The notes below the pieces were generated by a model. It saw only the letters and a program-made list of their open reading frames with translations, had not been told where the DNA came from and did not search any database. This document shows, one piece after another, positions 36,655-46,500 of a stretch of DNA of 64,000 nucleotides. The stretch's first letter is position 1. Each line of letters opens with the position of its first letter. Both the position numbers and the translations under genes were made by a program. The stretch comes from Deltaproteobacteria bacterium. Lineage in GTDB: Bacteria > Myxococcota_A > UBA9160 > UBA6930. The DNA lies in contig JANNRF010000345.1 of the NCBI GenBank assembly GCA_031401135.1, positions 729 to 64,728 on the forward strand, in the 5' to 3' direction.

Positions 36655-37490
36655 GCGCGCTGCCGCTGCGCGGCCGGATTCTGCGCACGCGCACCCAGGA
36701 CGCCTTCGCGCTCGAATACGCGATGTACTGCCCGGCGAGCGCGGGCGACGACGCGCCGCTGCTCGTGGCGGTGCACGGCTACTCGCGCAACGCAGAGGAG
36801 CAGGCGGAGCGCTTCGCGCCCCTGTGCGAGAGCGCGGGCATCGTGCTCGCTGCGCCGCACTTCGACGCGGACGCATTCCCTGATTACCAGCGCCTCGGTT
36901 CGCGCGGCGCCCGCGCCGATCTCGCGCTCGACGCGATGATCGGCGAGCTGCGCCAGTCGCTCGGCTTCCTGCTCGGGCGCGTCTCGCTGTTCGGCTTCTC
37001 GGGCGGCGGCCAGTTCGTCCACCGCTACCTAATGGCTCACCCGAAGCGCGTGACGAACGCGGTCGTGGCCGCTCCGGGCTGGTTCACGTTCCCGGGTCGC
37101 GAGCACGCCTATCCGTTCGGCACGCGCGGCGCCCGCAGGCGGCTCGGCCTGCGCATGCGAGCCGAGGCGTTTCTCGGGGTCCCGGTACTTGTTGCGGTCG
37201 GCGAGCGCGATGACGACGAGCGCTCCGAGCATCTGCGCCGCTCGCAAGCGCTCGACGCTCAGCAAGGAACGAATCGGCTCGAGCGCGCGGCGCGCTGGGT
37301 GCGCGCGATGCAGGACGCCGCCGCCGCGATCAGTTTCCCGCCGCGCGTTCGCCTCGCCGTGCTGCCGAACGCGGGCCATTCCTTCGCCGAGTGCATGGAC
37401 AACGGCCTCGGCGAACTCGTGATCGAGCACGCCGTCGGCGCGCCAGCAGCCAGCAGCGCGGCGCGCAAGCGTCTGATCGCGCTCCCCTGA
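36651..37490 (+). CDS. Alpha/beta hydrolase (esterase/depolymerase-like)
   Basis: GTG 36651 in a GTGA overlap with the upstream stop. LLVAVHGYSRN and nucleophile elbow LFGFSGGGQF. Confidence 0.75.
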   Translation: MSALPLRGRILRTRTQDAFALEYAMYCPASAGDDAPLLVAVHGYSRNAEEQAERFAPLCESAGIVLAAPHFDADAFPDYQRLGSRGARADLALDAMIGELRQSLGFLLGRVSLFGFSGGGQFVHRYLMAHPKRVTNAVVAAPGWFTFPGREHAYPFGTRGARRRLGLRMRAEAFLGVPVLVAVGERDDDERSEHLRRSQALDAQQGTNRLERAARWVRAMQDAAAAISFPPRVRLAVLPNAGHSFAECMDNGLGELVIEHAVGAPAASSAARKRLIALP

Positions 37491-37526
37491 GCGCGCCTGG
37501 CGTTCCGCCTCTCGCACTCATCCATT

Positions 37527-38729
37527 ATGGAGAATCACGTGAAACTATCGCTTCGCTTCGCTGCGGCCTTGGCTTGTTCGTTCTCGCTCGCGAACGCGGC
37601 GCTGGCGGATGTCGACGTTTCCGCCGACAACGGCCTGCGTTTCCGCTTCAAGGAGGCGGACACCACGATCCATCTCGGCGGCCGGCTGCACCTCGATTAC
37701 GCCTTCTTCGACGACGATCTGACGCCGATCGACGACGACTTCGACGTGCGCCGCGCGCGCCCGATGCTCGAAGGCGAGTTCGGCAACGACTGGAAGGTGA
37801 AGCTCGAGTACGACTTCGCGCGCGGGCGGGACGGCTGGCGCGCGGCGTGGATCGCGTGGGACGGCATCGACCACGTGAAGGTGCGCGTCGGCAACCAGAC
37901 CGTGCCGTTCGGCCTCGAAGAGCAGGAGAGCTCGAACGACATCGTGTTCAACGAGCGCTCGCTCGCTTCTGCACTCGCACCGTCTTACGGGACGGGGCTC
38001 GTGGTGTCCGGGAACGGGCGCCTGGTCGGCAAGAGTCGCTTCACGCTGGCCGGCGGCGTTTATACCGAGCCGTTCGGCGACAGTGATTACGACCGCCACG
38101 GCAGCGACCATCTCGGCTTCTCGGGGCGCGCGACCTTCGCGCCGATCTCGCGCAAACGAACCGTCGTGCAGATCGGCGGCTCGTTCGACTACCAGAACGT
38201 GAGCGGCGACGACAGCTGGAGCGTCTCGCGCAGGCCCGAATCCAACGTTGCGCCGGCACTGATCGGTGTGGGCCTCTCGGACATCGCGAGCACGAGCACG
38301 TTCGGCATCGAAGGCGCCGCGATGTTCGGTCCGGTGTTGTTTCAAGCCGAGTACCTGATGACGAGCGCCGATCGCCAAAGCGGCAGCCTGCTCGCAGACG
38401 CCGACTTCAACGGCGCCTACGCGCAGCTGAGTTGGGTTGTTACGGGCGAGCGCCACCGCTACTCGAAGGGCCTCGGCACCTTCGGCGGCGTCAAGCCGCG
38501 CCGCGATTGGGGCGCAGTCGAAATCGCAGTGCGCTGGAGCACGCTCGACCTCACGGATTCAGGCGTCAGCGGCGGCGAAGCCGACGACATCACGTTCGGC
38601 GTGAGCTGGTGGATTCGCGAAAACGCGCGCTTGATGTTCAACTACGTGAATGTCGATTCGCGCGTTTCTGGCAGCTTGCTCTCGGACGACCCGCAGATCT
38701 TCGCGCTGCGCTTCGTCTACCACCTCTAA
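37527..38729 (+). CDS. Outer-membrane porin, phosphate-selective porin O/P (OprO/OprP) family
   Basis: 400 aa. Signal peptide AALACSFSLANAALA|D. Beta-barrel alternation. C-terminal ...IFALRFVYHL. Confidence 0.65.
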   Translation: MENHVKLSLRFAAALACSFSLANAALADVDVSADNGLRFRFKEADTTIHLGGRLHLDYAFFDDDLTPIDDDFDVRRARPMLEGEFGNDWKVKLEYDFARGRDGWRAAWIAWDGIDHVKVRVGNQTVPFGLEEQESSNDIVFNERSLASALAPSYGTGLVVSGNGRLVGKSRFTLAGGVYTEPFGDSDYDRHGSDHLGFSGRATFAPISRKRTVVQIGGSFDYQNVSGDDSWSVSRRPESNVAPALIGVGLSDIASTSTFGIEGAAMFGPVLFQAEYLMTSADRQSGSLLADADFNGAYAQLSWVVTGERHRYSKGLGTFGGVKPRRDWGAVEIAVRWSTLDLTDSGVSGGEADDITFGVSWWIRENARLMFNYVNVDSRVSGSLLSDDPQIFALRFVYHL

Positions 38730-38747
38730 CTCAATGAGCGCACGAGC

Positions 38748-40331
38748 GTGAGCTTTCCGCGCGTCATCACCGGCAGGCGCCGCGCGCTCGTCGCGCAGTT
38801 GGTGGTGAACGGGCTCGCGCAGGCGGCTGCGGCGCTCGCGGGCGTGCAGGCGCTGCACGCGTCCCTAACAGCGCAGCCCGCGAACGCGCGCGCGCTGCTC
38901 GTGCTCGCCGGCTCCGGCGCCGCGCTCGTCGCGTTGCGCATTCACGCAGCCGGCGTCGGCGAACGCCTCGGGCAGGACTACGTCACGCGCGTGCGCCTGC
39001 GCATCTTCGAGGCCGTGGCAGCGCGGCCCGCGCGCGGCACGCCGAACCGCGCGGGCGTGACGATGGCGCGTGTGATCAGCGATCTGTCCTCGCTGCGCAG
39101 TTGGGTGAGCGCCGGCATCGCGCGCAGTCTGGTGGCGGGCGTAACAATCGCGGCCGCGCTCACCGCGTTGGCCGTTGCGCGCCCGGCCGCGGCGCTCACG
39201 CTCGGCGGCGTGGCGTTCGGCTGCGCGCTCGCGGCCGCCGCACTCGCGCCGCTGCTGCGCGCGCGCGTGCGCGAAGCGCGCCGCCGCCGCGGCCGGCTCG
39301 CTAACAACCTCGGCGAAAAGCTGCTCGCCTCGAACACCGTGCGGCAACTCGGCCAGACCACTGCCGAGCTCGCGCGCGTGCGTACCCACAGCGGTTGGCT
39401 GCGCGACGCGCTGGTGCGGCGCGCGCGCGTGGCGGAAGCGATGAGCGCGCTGCCAGAGCTCGCGACGCCGCTCGCGATCGCGCTCTGGCTCGCGTTGAAC
39501 GGCGCCGCCCACGCGGGTGAGCTGGCGGGCGGCGTGCTGATGCTCGGCGTGCTGGGCGCCGCGCTGCGCGATCTCGCGCGCGCGTTCGAGCACCGCATTG
39601 CGTTCGAGGAAGGGCGCCGCCGTATCGCCGAGCTGCTCGATGCGCCGCGCCTCGAGGAGAAAAGGCGCGCGCAGAGTCTCCCCGGCCGCGGGCCGCTCGC
39701 GCTCGAGTTCCGAGGGGCTTCGGTGGAGGGCGCACTGCGCGACGTGAACCTCATCGCGAAGCCTGGCGAACGCGTACTGATTACGGGCGCCACGGGCTCT
39801 GGAAAATCGACGCTGCTCGCGCTCGCCGCGCGCCTGCTCGATCCGAGCGATGGCGAACTGCGCCTCGGCGACACGCCGCTGCGCGCGCTCGCGCTCGATG
39901 CCGTGCACGAAGCCGTGCAACTGATTTCACCCGAGCTGCCGCTCTTGCGCGGCAGCGTCGCGGAGAACGTGAGTTATGCCGCCGCCGAAGACGATCCGGA
40001 GTGGATCGAGCAAGTCGTGCTCGCGTGCGGTCTCGCGGACGACCCCGCGCTGCCCGAGGGCCTCGCCACGCGAATCGAGGAGCGCGGCGCGAATCTCGCG
40101 CACGGTCTGCGCGCGCGCATCGCACTGGCGCGCGCGCTCGCGCTGCGCCCCCGCGCGCTGCTCGTGGACGACGCCGCGTTCGCGCAAAGCGCTGAAGCCG
40201 CCGCGCTGCAGCGGGCCTGCGCGCTGCATCCGATGACGGTGCTCGCAGTGGCGTCCGAGGGCAGCACGCTGCTCGCGTTCGATCGCGAGTGGCGGCTCGA
40301 GGACGGCGCCGCGCGCGAAGTGGCGCGCTGA
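38748..40331 (+). CDS. ABC exporter, fused permease and ATP-binding protein
   Basis: GTG start, 527 aa. N-terminal TM region. Walker A GATGSGKST, signature-like NLAHGLRARIALAR, Walker B LLVDDA. Confidence 0.85.
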   Translation: MSFPRVITGRRRALVAQLVVNGLAQAAAALAGVQALHASLTAQPANARALLVLAGSGAALVALRIHAAGVGERLGQDYVTRVRLRIFEAVAARPARGTPNRAGVTMARVISDLSSLRSWVSAGIARSLVAGVTIAAALTALAVARPAAALTLGGVAFGCALAAAALAPLLRARVREARRRRGRLANNLGEKLLASNTVRQLGQTTAELARVRTHSGWLRDALVRRARVAEAMSALPELATPLAIALWLALNGAAHAGELAGGVLMLGVLGAALRDLARAFEHRIAFEEGRRRIAELLDAPRLEEKRRAQSLPGRGPLALEFRGASVEGALRDVNLIAKPGERVLITGATGSGKSTLLALAARLLDPSDGELRLGDTPLRALALDAVHEAVQLISPELPLLRGSVAENVSYAAAEDDPEWIEQVVLACGLADDPALPEGLATRIEERGANLAHGLRARIALARALALRPRALLVDDAAFAQSAEAAALQRACALHPMTVLAVASEGSTLLAFDREWRLEDGAAREVAR

Positions 40332-40400
40332 GGGAGCGGCTGGTGCCTGGCGTCGCGGGAACGCGCGCGACGAGGCGCAGCCGACGCGGAGGCCGCTGTT

Positions 40401-40450
40401 CGATCTCCGCTCGCCTGCGGCTCGCTGCGCGCGGCGAAGCGCCGCTTGCT
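40401..40450 (+). repeat. REP-like intergenic repeat, copy 2 (longest form); overlaps the stop of the cupin gene
   Basis: 40421-40450 is identical to 16631-16660. 40403-40432 matches the reverse complement of 49036-49065 with 1 mismatch in 30. Confidence 0.7.
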
Positions 40451-40913
40451 ACTCCGCCGCGAGCCCCATCATCACCACGGCCATTCGCACCGGCTTCCCG
40501 CTCTTGTTGCGCCACGCGTGCGTCGTGCCGCGCTGCACGACGCAATCGCCGGGGCCGAGCGTCACGCTGCCGCGATCGAGTTCGAGCGTGATCTCGCCGC
40601 CGAGGATCATCACGTAGTCGAGCGTGTTCGTGCGGTGGAAGGCGGTATCCGCGTCGCCGTGCTTGGAAGCACCCTGCGCCTTCAGGTACTGCGCAACGAT
40701 CGCGTCGTCGGGCAGCTCGAACACGCGCCACGTCGTTGCGCCCGGCGGCGGTGCAAGCCGTGCGCCCGCACCCGTCGCGCTCACGCGCGCCGCCGGAGCG
40801 AGCGGCTCACGCGCCGCGCTCGCCCACAACTCCGCGAACTGCGGCGCCGCGTCCGTCACGCTCTCGAAGTACGATTTTCCGTCCGCGCCGTTCGCCGTAA
40901 TCACTCGCTTCAT
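40449..40913 (-). CDS. Cupin-domain protein
   Basis: ATG 40913 inside track ORF 40449..41654. MKRVITANGADGKSYF...TLDYVMILGGEITLELD...GTTHAWRN. Confidence 0.78.
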   Translation of the reverse strand: MKRVITANGADGKSYFESVTDAAPQFAELWASAAREPLAPAARVSATGAGARLAPPPGATTWRVFELPDDAIVAQYLKAQGASKHGDADTAFHRTNTLDYVMILGGEITLELDRGSVTLGPGDCVVQRGTTHAWRNKSGKPVRMAVVMMGLAAE

Positions 40914-40927
40914 GCGAAGCGCGCCGC

Positions 40928-42106
40928 TCAGAGCGAGGCGTAGGCCGCGGCCAGCAGCCGGCGCGGGCGCGGATCGACGAGCCAGGCGCCGGTGTGCATC
41001 AGATTCATCGCGTAGCCGAACGAGAGGCGGTGCTCGGGATCGGCGTGGCTGTAGGAGCCGCCCATGCCGCCGTGGCCGAAGGCGCGCGGGTTCGGGCCGA
41101 GCGGTTCGTTCGGCGCCGGCAGGAAGAAGCCGAGCGCGATGCGCGTGTGCAGCGGCAGCACTTCGTCGTGGCCGTTGACTTGTTCGGTGCGCGCGCGCTC
41201 GATCGCCTCGCGCGAAAGCAGCGTCACGCCAAAGGCCGTGCCGCCGTTCGCGAGCGGCGCGTAGATGCGCGCCAGCGAGTGCGCGTTGGAGTGCCCGTTC
41301 GCGCCGGGGATCTCCGCCGCGCGCCACGCGCGCGTGTTCACGAGTCCGGGTACCGCCAGCGTGGGCGGGTTGGCGAACGCCTTGCCGAGCAAGCCCTCCG
41401 GGTTCTCCATAATGGCTTTCACGAGGTCGAAGCTGACGTCGCCTTGCGGCGGATGAATCGGACCCTGCGCGAGCGGCGCCACGCGCGCGTCGAGCTCGGG
41501 GCCGAAGCCGATCTCGAAGGTCGCGCCGAGCGGCCGCGCGATCTCGTCGCGCACCACGTCGCCGATCTTCTTGCCGCGCACGCGCCGCACGATCTCGCCA
41601 TTCAGCCAGCCGAAGGTGAGCGCGTGATAACCGTGCGCTTTGCCTGGCTCCCACCAGGGCTCCTGCGCAGCGAGCTCATTCGTCATGCGGTTCCAGTCGT
41701 AGAGCGCGTCCAGCGGCAGCGGCTTCTTCACCGCCGCGAGCCCGGCTTCGTGAGAGAGCAGGTACCGCACCGGCAAGTTCGCCTTGCCCGCCTGCGCGAA
41801 CTCGGGCCAGTAGCGCGCGACCGGCGCGTCGAGATCGACTTTGCCTTCGTCCACCAGCCGGTGCAGCGCCAGCGCCGTAATGCCTTTGGTGGTGGAGTAG
41901 ACGTTCACCAGCGTGTCGTGCTCGAACGGCTTCGTGCGCGCGGCGTCCTGATGACCGGCCCACAGGTCCACCACCATTTCGCTCTCGAGCGTCAGCGCGA
42001 CGCCTGCGCCCAGCTCGTTGCCGTCGGCGAATTCCTTGGCGAACGCGTCCTTCACGCGCGCGAACTTCGCGTGACAGACGCCGTGGATCTCGATGGTTGC
42101 GCTCAT
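40928..42106 (-). CDS. Serine hydrolase, beta-lactamase family (paralog of 20628..21884)
   Basis: ATG 42106 preceded by TAGGAG. SxxK motif YSTTKGITAL. Confidence 0.88.
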   Translation of the reverse strand: MSATIEIHGVCHAKFARVKDAFAKEFADGNELGAGVALTLESEMVVDLWAGHQDAARTKPFEHDTLVNVYSTTKGITALALHRLVDEGKVDLDAPVARYWPEFAQAGKANLPVRYLLSHEAGLAAVKKPLPLDALYDWNRMTNELAAQEPWWEPGKAHGYHALTFGWLNGEIVRRVRGKKIGDVVRDEIARPLGATFEIGFGPELDARVAPLAQGPIHPPQGDVSFDLVKAIMENPEGLLGKAFANPPTLAVPGLVNTRAWRAAEIPGANGHSNAHSLARIYAPLANGGTAFGVTLLSREAIERARTEQVNGHDEVLPLHTRIALGFFLPAPNEPLGPNPRAFGHGGMGGSYSHADPEHRLSFGYAMNLMHTGAWLVDPRPRRLLAAAYASL

Positions 42107-42298
42107 GGGGGCTCCTAAGGATGGGACGCCGAGCATGCGCGGGGCGCGTGGCGTGTGTCAACGCTGGCGCGAGTGACGAAGCGCGCGCGCAGAAGTGACG
42201 CAGAACGTCGCTTTGGCCGCGGGGGGTTCGGGCGCGGTGGCTCGTGGTTCGAGCGGGCGTGCGCGGTGCTGCAAGCCGAGTTGCGCGCCCGCGAGCCC

Positions 42299-42316
42299 TC
42301 GGCCCAGCTGTTGCTT
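42299..42316 (+). promoter_or_regulatory. Candidate sigma54 (-24/-12) promoter upstream of the pilin genes
   Basis: CGGCCCAGCTGTTGCT has GG and GC 12 nt apart, as in TGGCAC-N5-TTGC. It ends 28 nt before the GTG at 42344. The RBS GGAGAGGAGAGG lies between. Confidence 0.35.
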
Positions 42317-42343
42317 TAGCCACGCGCACGGAGAGGAGAGGTT

Positions 42344-42898
42344 GTGCGCGAACGTCGACGCCAAGGCTTCACGCTCGTCGAAATGATCATCGTGGTCGCG
42401 ATCCTCGGGATCCTGGCCACGATCGCGGTGCCCAACTTCATCCGCATGCAGACGCGCAGCCGAACCAGCGAGGCCTACACGAACCTCGCGCTGCTGCGCG
42501 AGGCGCAGCTCAGCCATTATGCCGAGGCCGGTAATTTTCTGAAGACCGGCAGCGCACCGGCCGGCGTGCCAGGCACGCGCCAGCGCCCGTGGGCAGGCGC
42601 GAACACGCTCGAGTTCCGCGAGCTGCTCGGCTTCCGCCCCGACGGCGACGTCTATTTCCAATACGGAGTGAACGCGCGAGGCGACGCCTTCACGCTCAGC
42701 GCGCTCTCCGACCTCGATGGCGAAGGGCCGCTCGCGCAGTTCGGTCTCGTGCACGCGGCGCCCGGCACAAAAATGGGTGTGCGCCACGAGATCGGCACCT
42801 GTTCGCCGCTCGGCGTCTACGACCCGGCGACTGGCCGCCCGACGCGCCTCGACACGATCGGCCCGTGCGGCGCGGAAGACGGCAAGACGAAGCTGTGA
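42344..42898 (+). CDS. Type IV pilin/pseudopilin with N-terminal methylation motif
   Basis: GTG start. RRQG|FTLVEMIIVVAILGILATIAVPNF. C-terminal disulfide pair ...GTCSP...GPCGAEDG. Confidence 0.88.
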   Translation: MRERRRQGFTLVEMIIVVAILGILATIAVPNFIRMQTRSRTSEAYTNLALLREAQLSHYAEAGNFLKTGSAPAGVPGTRQRPWAGANTLEFRELLGFRPDGDVYFQYGVNARGDAFTLSALSDLDGEGPLAQFGLVHAAPGTKMGVRHEIGTCSPLGVYDPATGRPTRLDTIGPCGAEDGKTKL

Positions 42899-42902
42899 GG
42901 AG

Positions 42903-43472
42903 ATGCTGCGCGTGCGCCACCAGGAGCAATCGGAGCGTGGCTTCACGCTGATCGAGTTGATGATCGTCGTCGCGATCATCGGAGTTCTGGCCGCGGTCGC
43001 GATTCCCAATTTCATGCGCTTCCAGCTCCGCTCCAAAACGAGCGAGGCGAAGATGAACATCGCCTCGATCCGCACCGCGGAAGACGCGTACTACGCGGCG
43101 AACGGGAAGTTCGCCGGCGCGTTCGTGACGCCGGCCATCGCGCCAGACGCCAGCAAGCACCAGTGGGCCGGAGTTCCCGGCGTGGCGCAATTCGCCGAGC
43201 TCGGCTGGCGACCAGAGGGTGATCTCTATTTCGTCTACGCCGTGAACGGCTTGGCCAGCTCGTTCTCGATCACCGCGATCGGAAACCTCGACGGCGATGC
43301 GACTCCTTCGCAGTACGCCTACTTCCGGCAGATACCGGGTCTGGCGCTCGGGCCCGGCCCTCCAATCGGCACCTGCTCGCCGACCGGCGTCTACAACGCC
43401 GCGACGAGCTCGCAGGATCTCCTCAACACCGTAGGCCCATGCACGGCGCAGGACGGCCAGACCCAGTTCTGA
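42903..43472 (+). CDS. Type IV pilin/pseudopilin, tandem paralog
   Basis: ATG 42903. SERG|FTLIELMIVVAIIGVLAAVAIPNF. C-terminal ...GTCSP...GPCTAQDG. Confidence 0.88.
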   Translation: MLRVRHQEQSERGFTLIELMIVVAIIGVLAAVAIPNFMRFQLRSKTSEAKMNIASIRTAEDAYYAANGKFAGAFVTPAIAPDASKHQWAGVPGVAQFAELGWRPEGDLYFVYAVNGLASSFSITAIGNLDGDATPSQYAYFRQIPGLALGPGPPIGTCSPTGVYNAATSSQDLLNTVGPCTAQDGQTQF

Positions 43473-43529
43473 CGCGTTCGGCGAACCCGCAGCGCGTTGC
43501 TAACTGACAGGCCTCTTCGAGGAGGCCTC

Positions 43530-46500
43530 GTGCACAAGCCGCTCGCTGTTCTTTCTGCGCTGGCGTTGCTCGCCGCGCATCCCACGCTCGCGGAAGAGCC
43601 CGCTGCGGAAGCGCCTTGGCGTGTCGATGCGCCGATCGGGCCCGCGCGCACGGTCGCATTCGAGACGGGCGAGGGCAGCTGGCTGCATCTCGACGTGCAC
43701 CCGGACGGCGCGCGCATCGTGTTCTCGTTGTTAGGGGATCTCTATCTGCTGCCGATCGCAGGCGGCGAGGCGCAGCGCATCACGAGCGGCCCGGCCTACG
43801 ACGTGCAGCCGCGCTTCAGCCCGGACGGAACGCAGGTTGCGTTCGCGAGCGATCGCTCGGGCATCGAGAACCTGTGGGTCTGCGATCTCGCGGGCGGCGC
43901 GGCGCGGGCGCTGACGCAAGAAAAAGAAGTCACGGTCAGCGCGCCCGCCTGGGCGCCGAGCGGGGAGTGGGTCGTCGGGCGCAAGCGCATCACGGATGCG
44001 TCCTCGCTCGCCACGGTCGAACTCTGGATGTGGCACGTGAAGGGCGGCCAGGGCGTGCGGCTGAGCAAGCGCGAGGAGCAGCCCGACGCCGCGGACCCCA
44101 TGTTCGCGCCGGGCGGCGATCGCTTCGTTTATTATTCCGCGCGCGACGAGCGTTATCGCTACAGCCGGAACGTCAACGAAGGCATCTGGCAGATCAAGCG
44201 GCTCGATCGGCTCGATGGCAAGTCGGTGCCGATCACAGGCGAGTTCGGCGGCGCGGCCACGCCGGTGTTTTCGCGCGACGGCAAGACGCTGGCGTTCGTG
44301 CGCCGGGTGCGCGCGAAGACGCGCATCGAGCTGATGGACGTGGCGAGCGGCCGCACGCGCGTGCTTGCCGAGGGCGTGCAGCGCGACAACCAAGAGGGCT
44401 TCGCGTTCCACGGCGTGTTCCCGGGCTACGCGTTCACGCCGGACGGGCGTGCGCTGATCGCGAGCGCCGATAACAAGCTGTGGCGCTTCGACGTTGCGAG
44501 CGGGGCGCGCACTGCGGTTCCGTTCCGCGCGAAAGTCGAGCAGACCGTGACGGAGGCGTTGCGGCAGCCGCGGCGCGTCGGCCAGGGCGACGTGCGCGCG
44601 CGTGTGTTGCGCTGGGCTTCGCTCTCGCCTGATGGCAAGACGCTGCTGTTCGAGGCGCTCGGGAGCATCTGGACGATGCCCGCGAAGGGCGGGGCTCCGC
44701 GCCGGCTGACGGACGGCGCGGATCTCGAAGTAGCGCCCGCGTTTTCGCCGAATGGGCGCGAGGTGGTTTACGCGACCTGGAACGACCGCGAGGGCGGGCA
44801 CGTCTGGCGCCGCGCGCTCGCGGGCGGCAAGCCGGTGCGCTTGACCGACGCGCCGGGGCAGTACGCGAACCCGGCATTCTCGCCCGACGGCAGCAACGTG
44901 GTGTTCGTGCGCGGCAGCGGCGCGACGTTCCGCGATCACGATTTGCTCGAGGAACTCTGGCTCGAAGTGCGCTGGGTGAGCCGCGCGGGCGGCGAGAGTC
45001 ATTATGTGGCGAGCGTCGCGAACCGCGGCGGCGACCGGCGCATGCCGCGGCCCGCGTTCTCGCCGGACGGCGCTCGCATCTTTTTCGTGGACGACGAGCC
45101 GGCCGAGCAGCCCGCCACGCCGTCGCGCAGCGTGCTCCACTCCGCGCAGCTCGACGGCACCGACAAGCGCGCGCACCTGCGCTTCACGCGCGCGGAAGAA
45201 ATCGCGGTCTCGCCTGATGGCCGGCACGTCGCCTTCAACGAGCAGCACGATGCTTGGGTGACTGCGTTGCCGAGCGCGAGCGACGCGGCCATCGAGGTTG
45301 GCCTCGAGAACGGCGCGCTGCCGCTGGCGCGCCTCTCGGACGAAGGCGGCGAGTGGGTCGCGTGGGCACGCGGCGGCGAGGCGATCAGCTTCGTGCGCGG
45401 GCCGGAAGTGCGAGTGACGCGCCTCGCGGATGCGCTACGCGCGCCCGAACCGGAGCCCGCGCCCGCACCTGATAAGCCGGCTGCAGCGAAGCCCGAGGCG
45501 GAGAAGGAGAAGAAACCCGCGCTGCCCGCGAGCGAGCTCATCGCAGTCGAGCTGCGCGTGCCGCGTGCGCGGCCGACCGAGCTCGTCGCGTACGTCGGCG
45601 CGCGCATCATCACGATGCGCGGCGACGAGGTGATCGAGAACGGCGCGCTGATTGTCGACGGCGATCGCATCCGCAGCGTGGGCGCCGCGAGCGAGCTCGC
45701 AATCCCTGCCAACGCGCGGCGCGTCGACCTAACAGGCCGCACGCTCATCCCGGGCCTCTTCGACGAGCACGCACACCTCCACTACTCGACGCTCGACGTC
45801 CACCCACAGCGCCCGTGGAAGTACCTCGCGAACCTGGCCTACGGCGTGACGTCGACCCACGACGTCTCTGCGACCAGCCACGAAGTGTTCGCGCAGTCCG
45901 AGCGCGTCGAGGCGGGCCTGATGATCGGGCCGCGCATTTTCTCGACGGGCTCGGTGCTGTACGGCGCTGACCTGCCGAGCCGCACGATCATCAAGTCATT
46001 GGACGACGCGCGCCGCACGCTGCGCCGCATGAAGGCCTTCGGCGCGTTCAGCGTGAAGTCCTACATGCAGCCGGGCCGTAATCAGCGCCAATGGATCCTG
46101 CAGGCCGCCCGCGAGGAGGGCATGCTCGTCGTGCCCGAGGGCGGCGGCGACCTCGAGATGGACATGACGATGGTGCTCGACGGGCACACCACGATCGAGC
46201 ACGCGCTGCCGATAGCGCCGCTCGCGCGCGACGTGATCCAGCTCGTGTCGCAAAGCGGCACCGCCTACACGCCCACACTGCTCGTCGCTTACGGCGGCTT
46301 GGCTGGCGATCTCTGGTTCCATCAACACTACGAGCTTTGGAAGGATGAGCGGCTCGCGCGCTTCGTACCGCAGAGCATCATCGACGGGCTCGGGCGCATT
46401 CGCGGAGTGATGGCGACCGATCCCGCGGACTGGCACCACCTCGACGTCGCCGCCTCCGCGAAGGACTTGTTACGGGCCGGCACGCTCGTCAACCTCGGTG

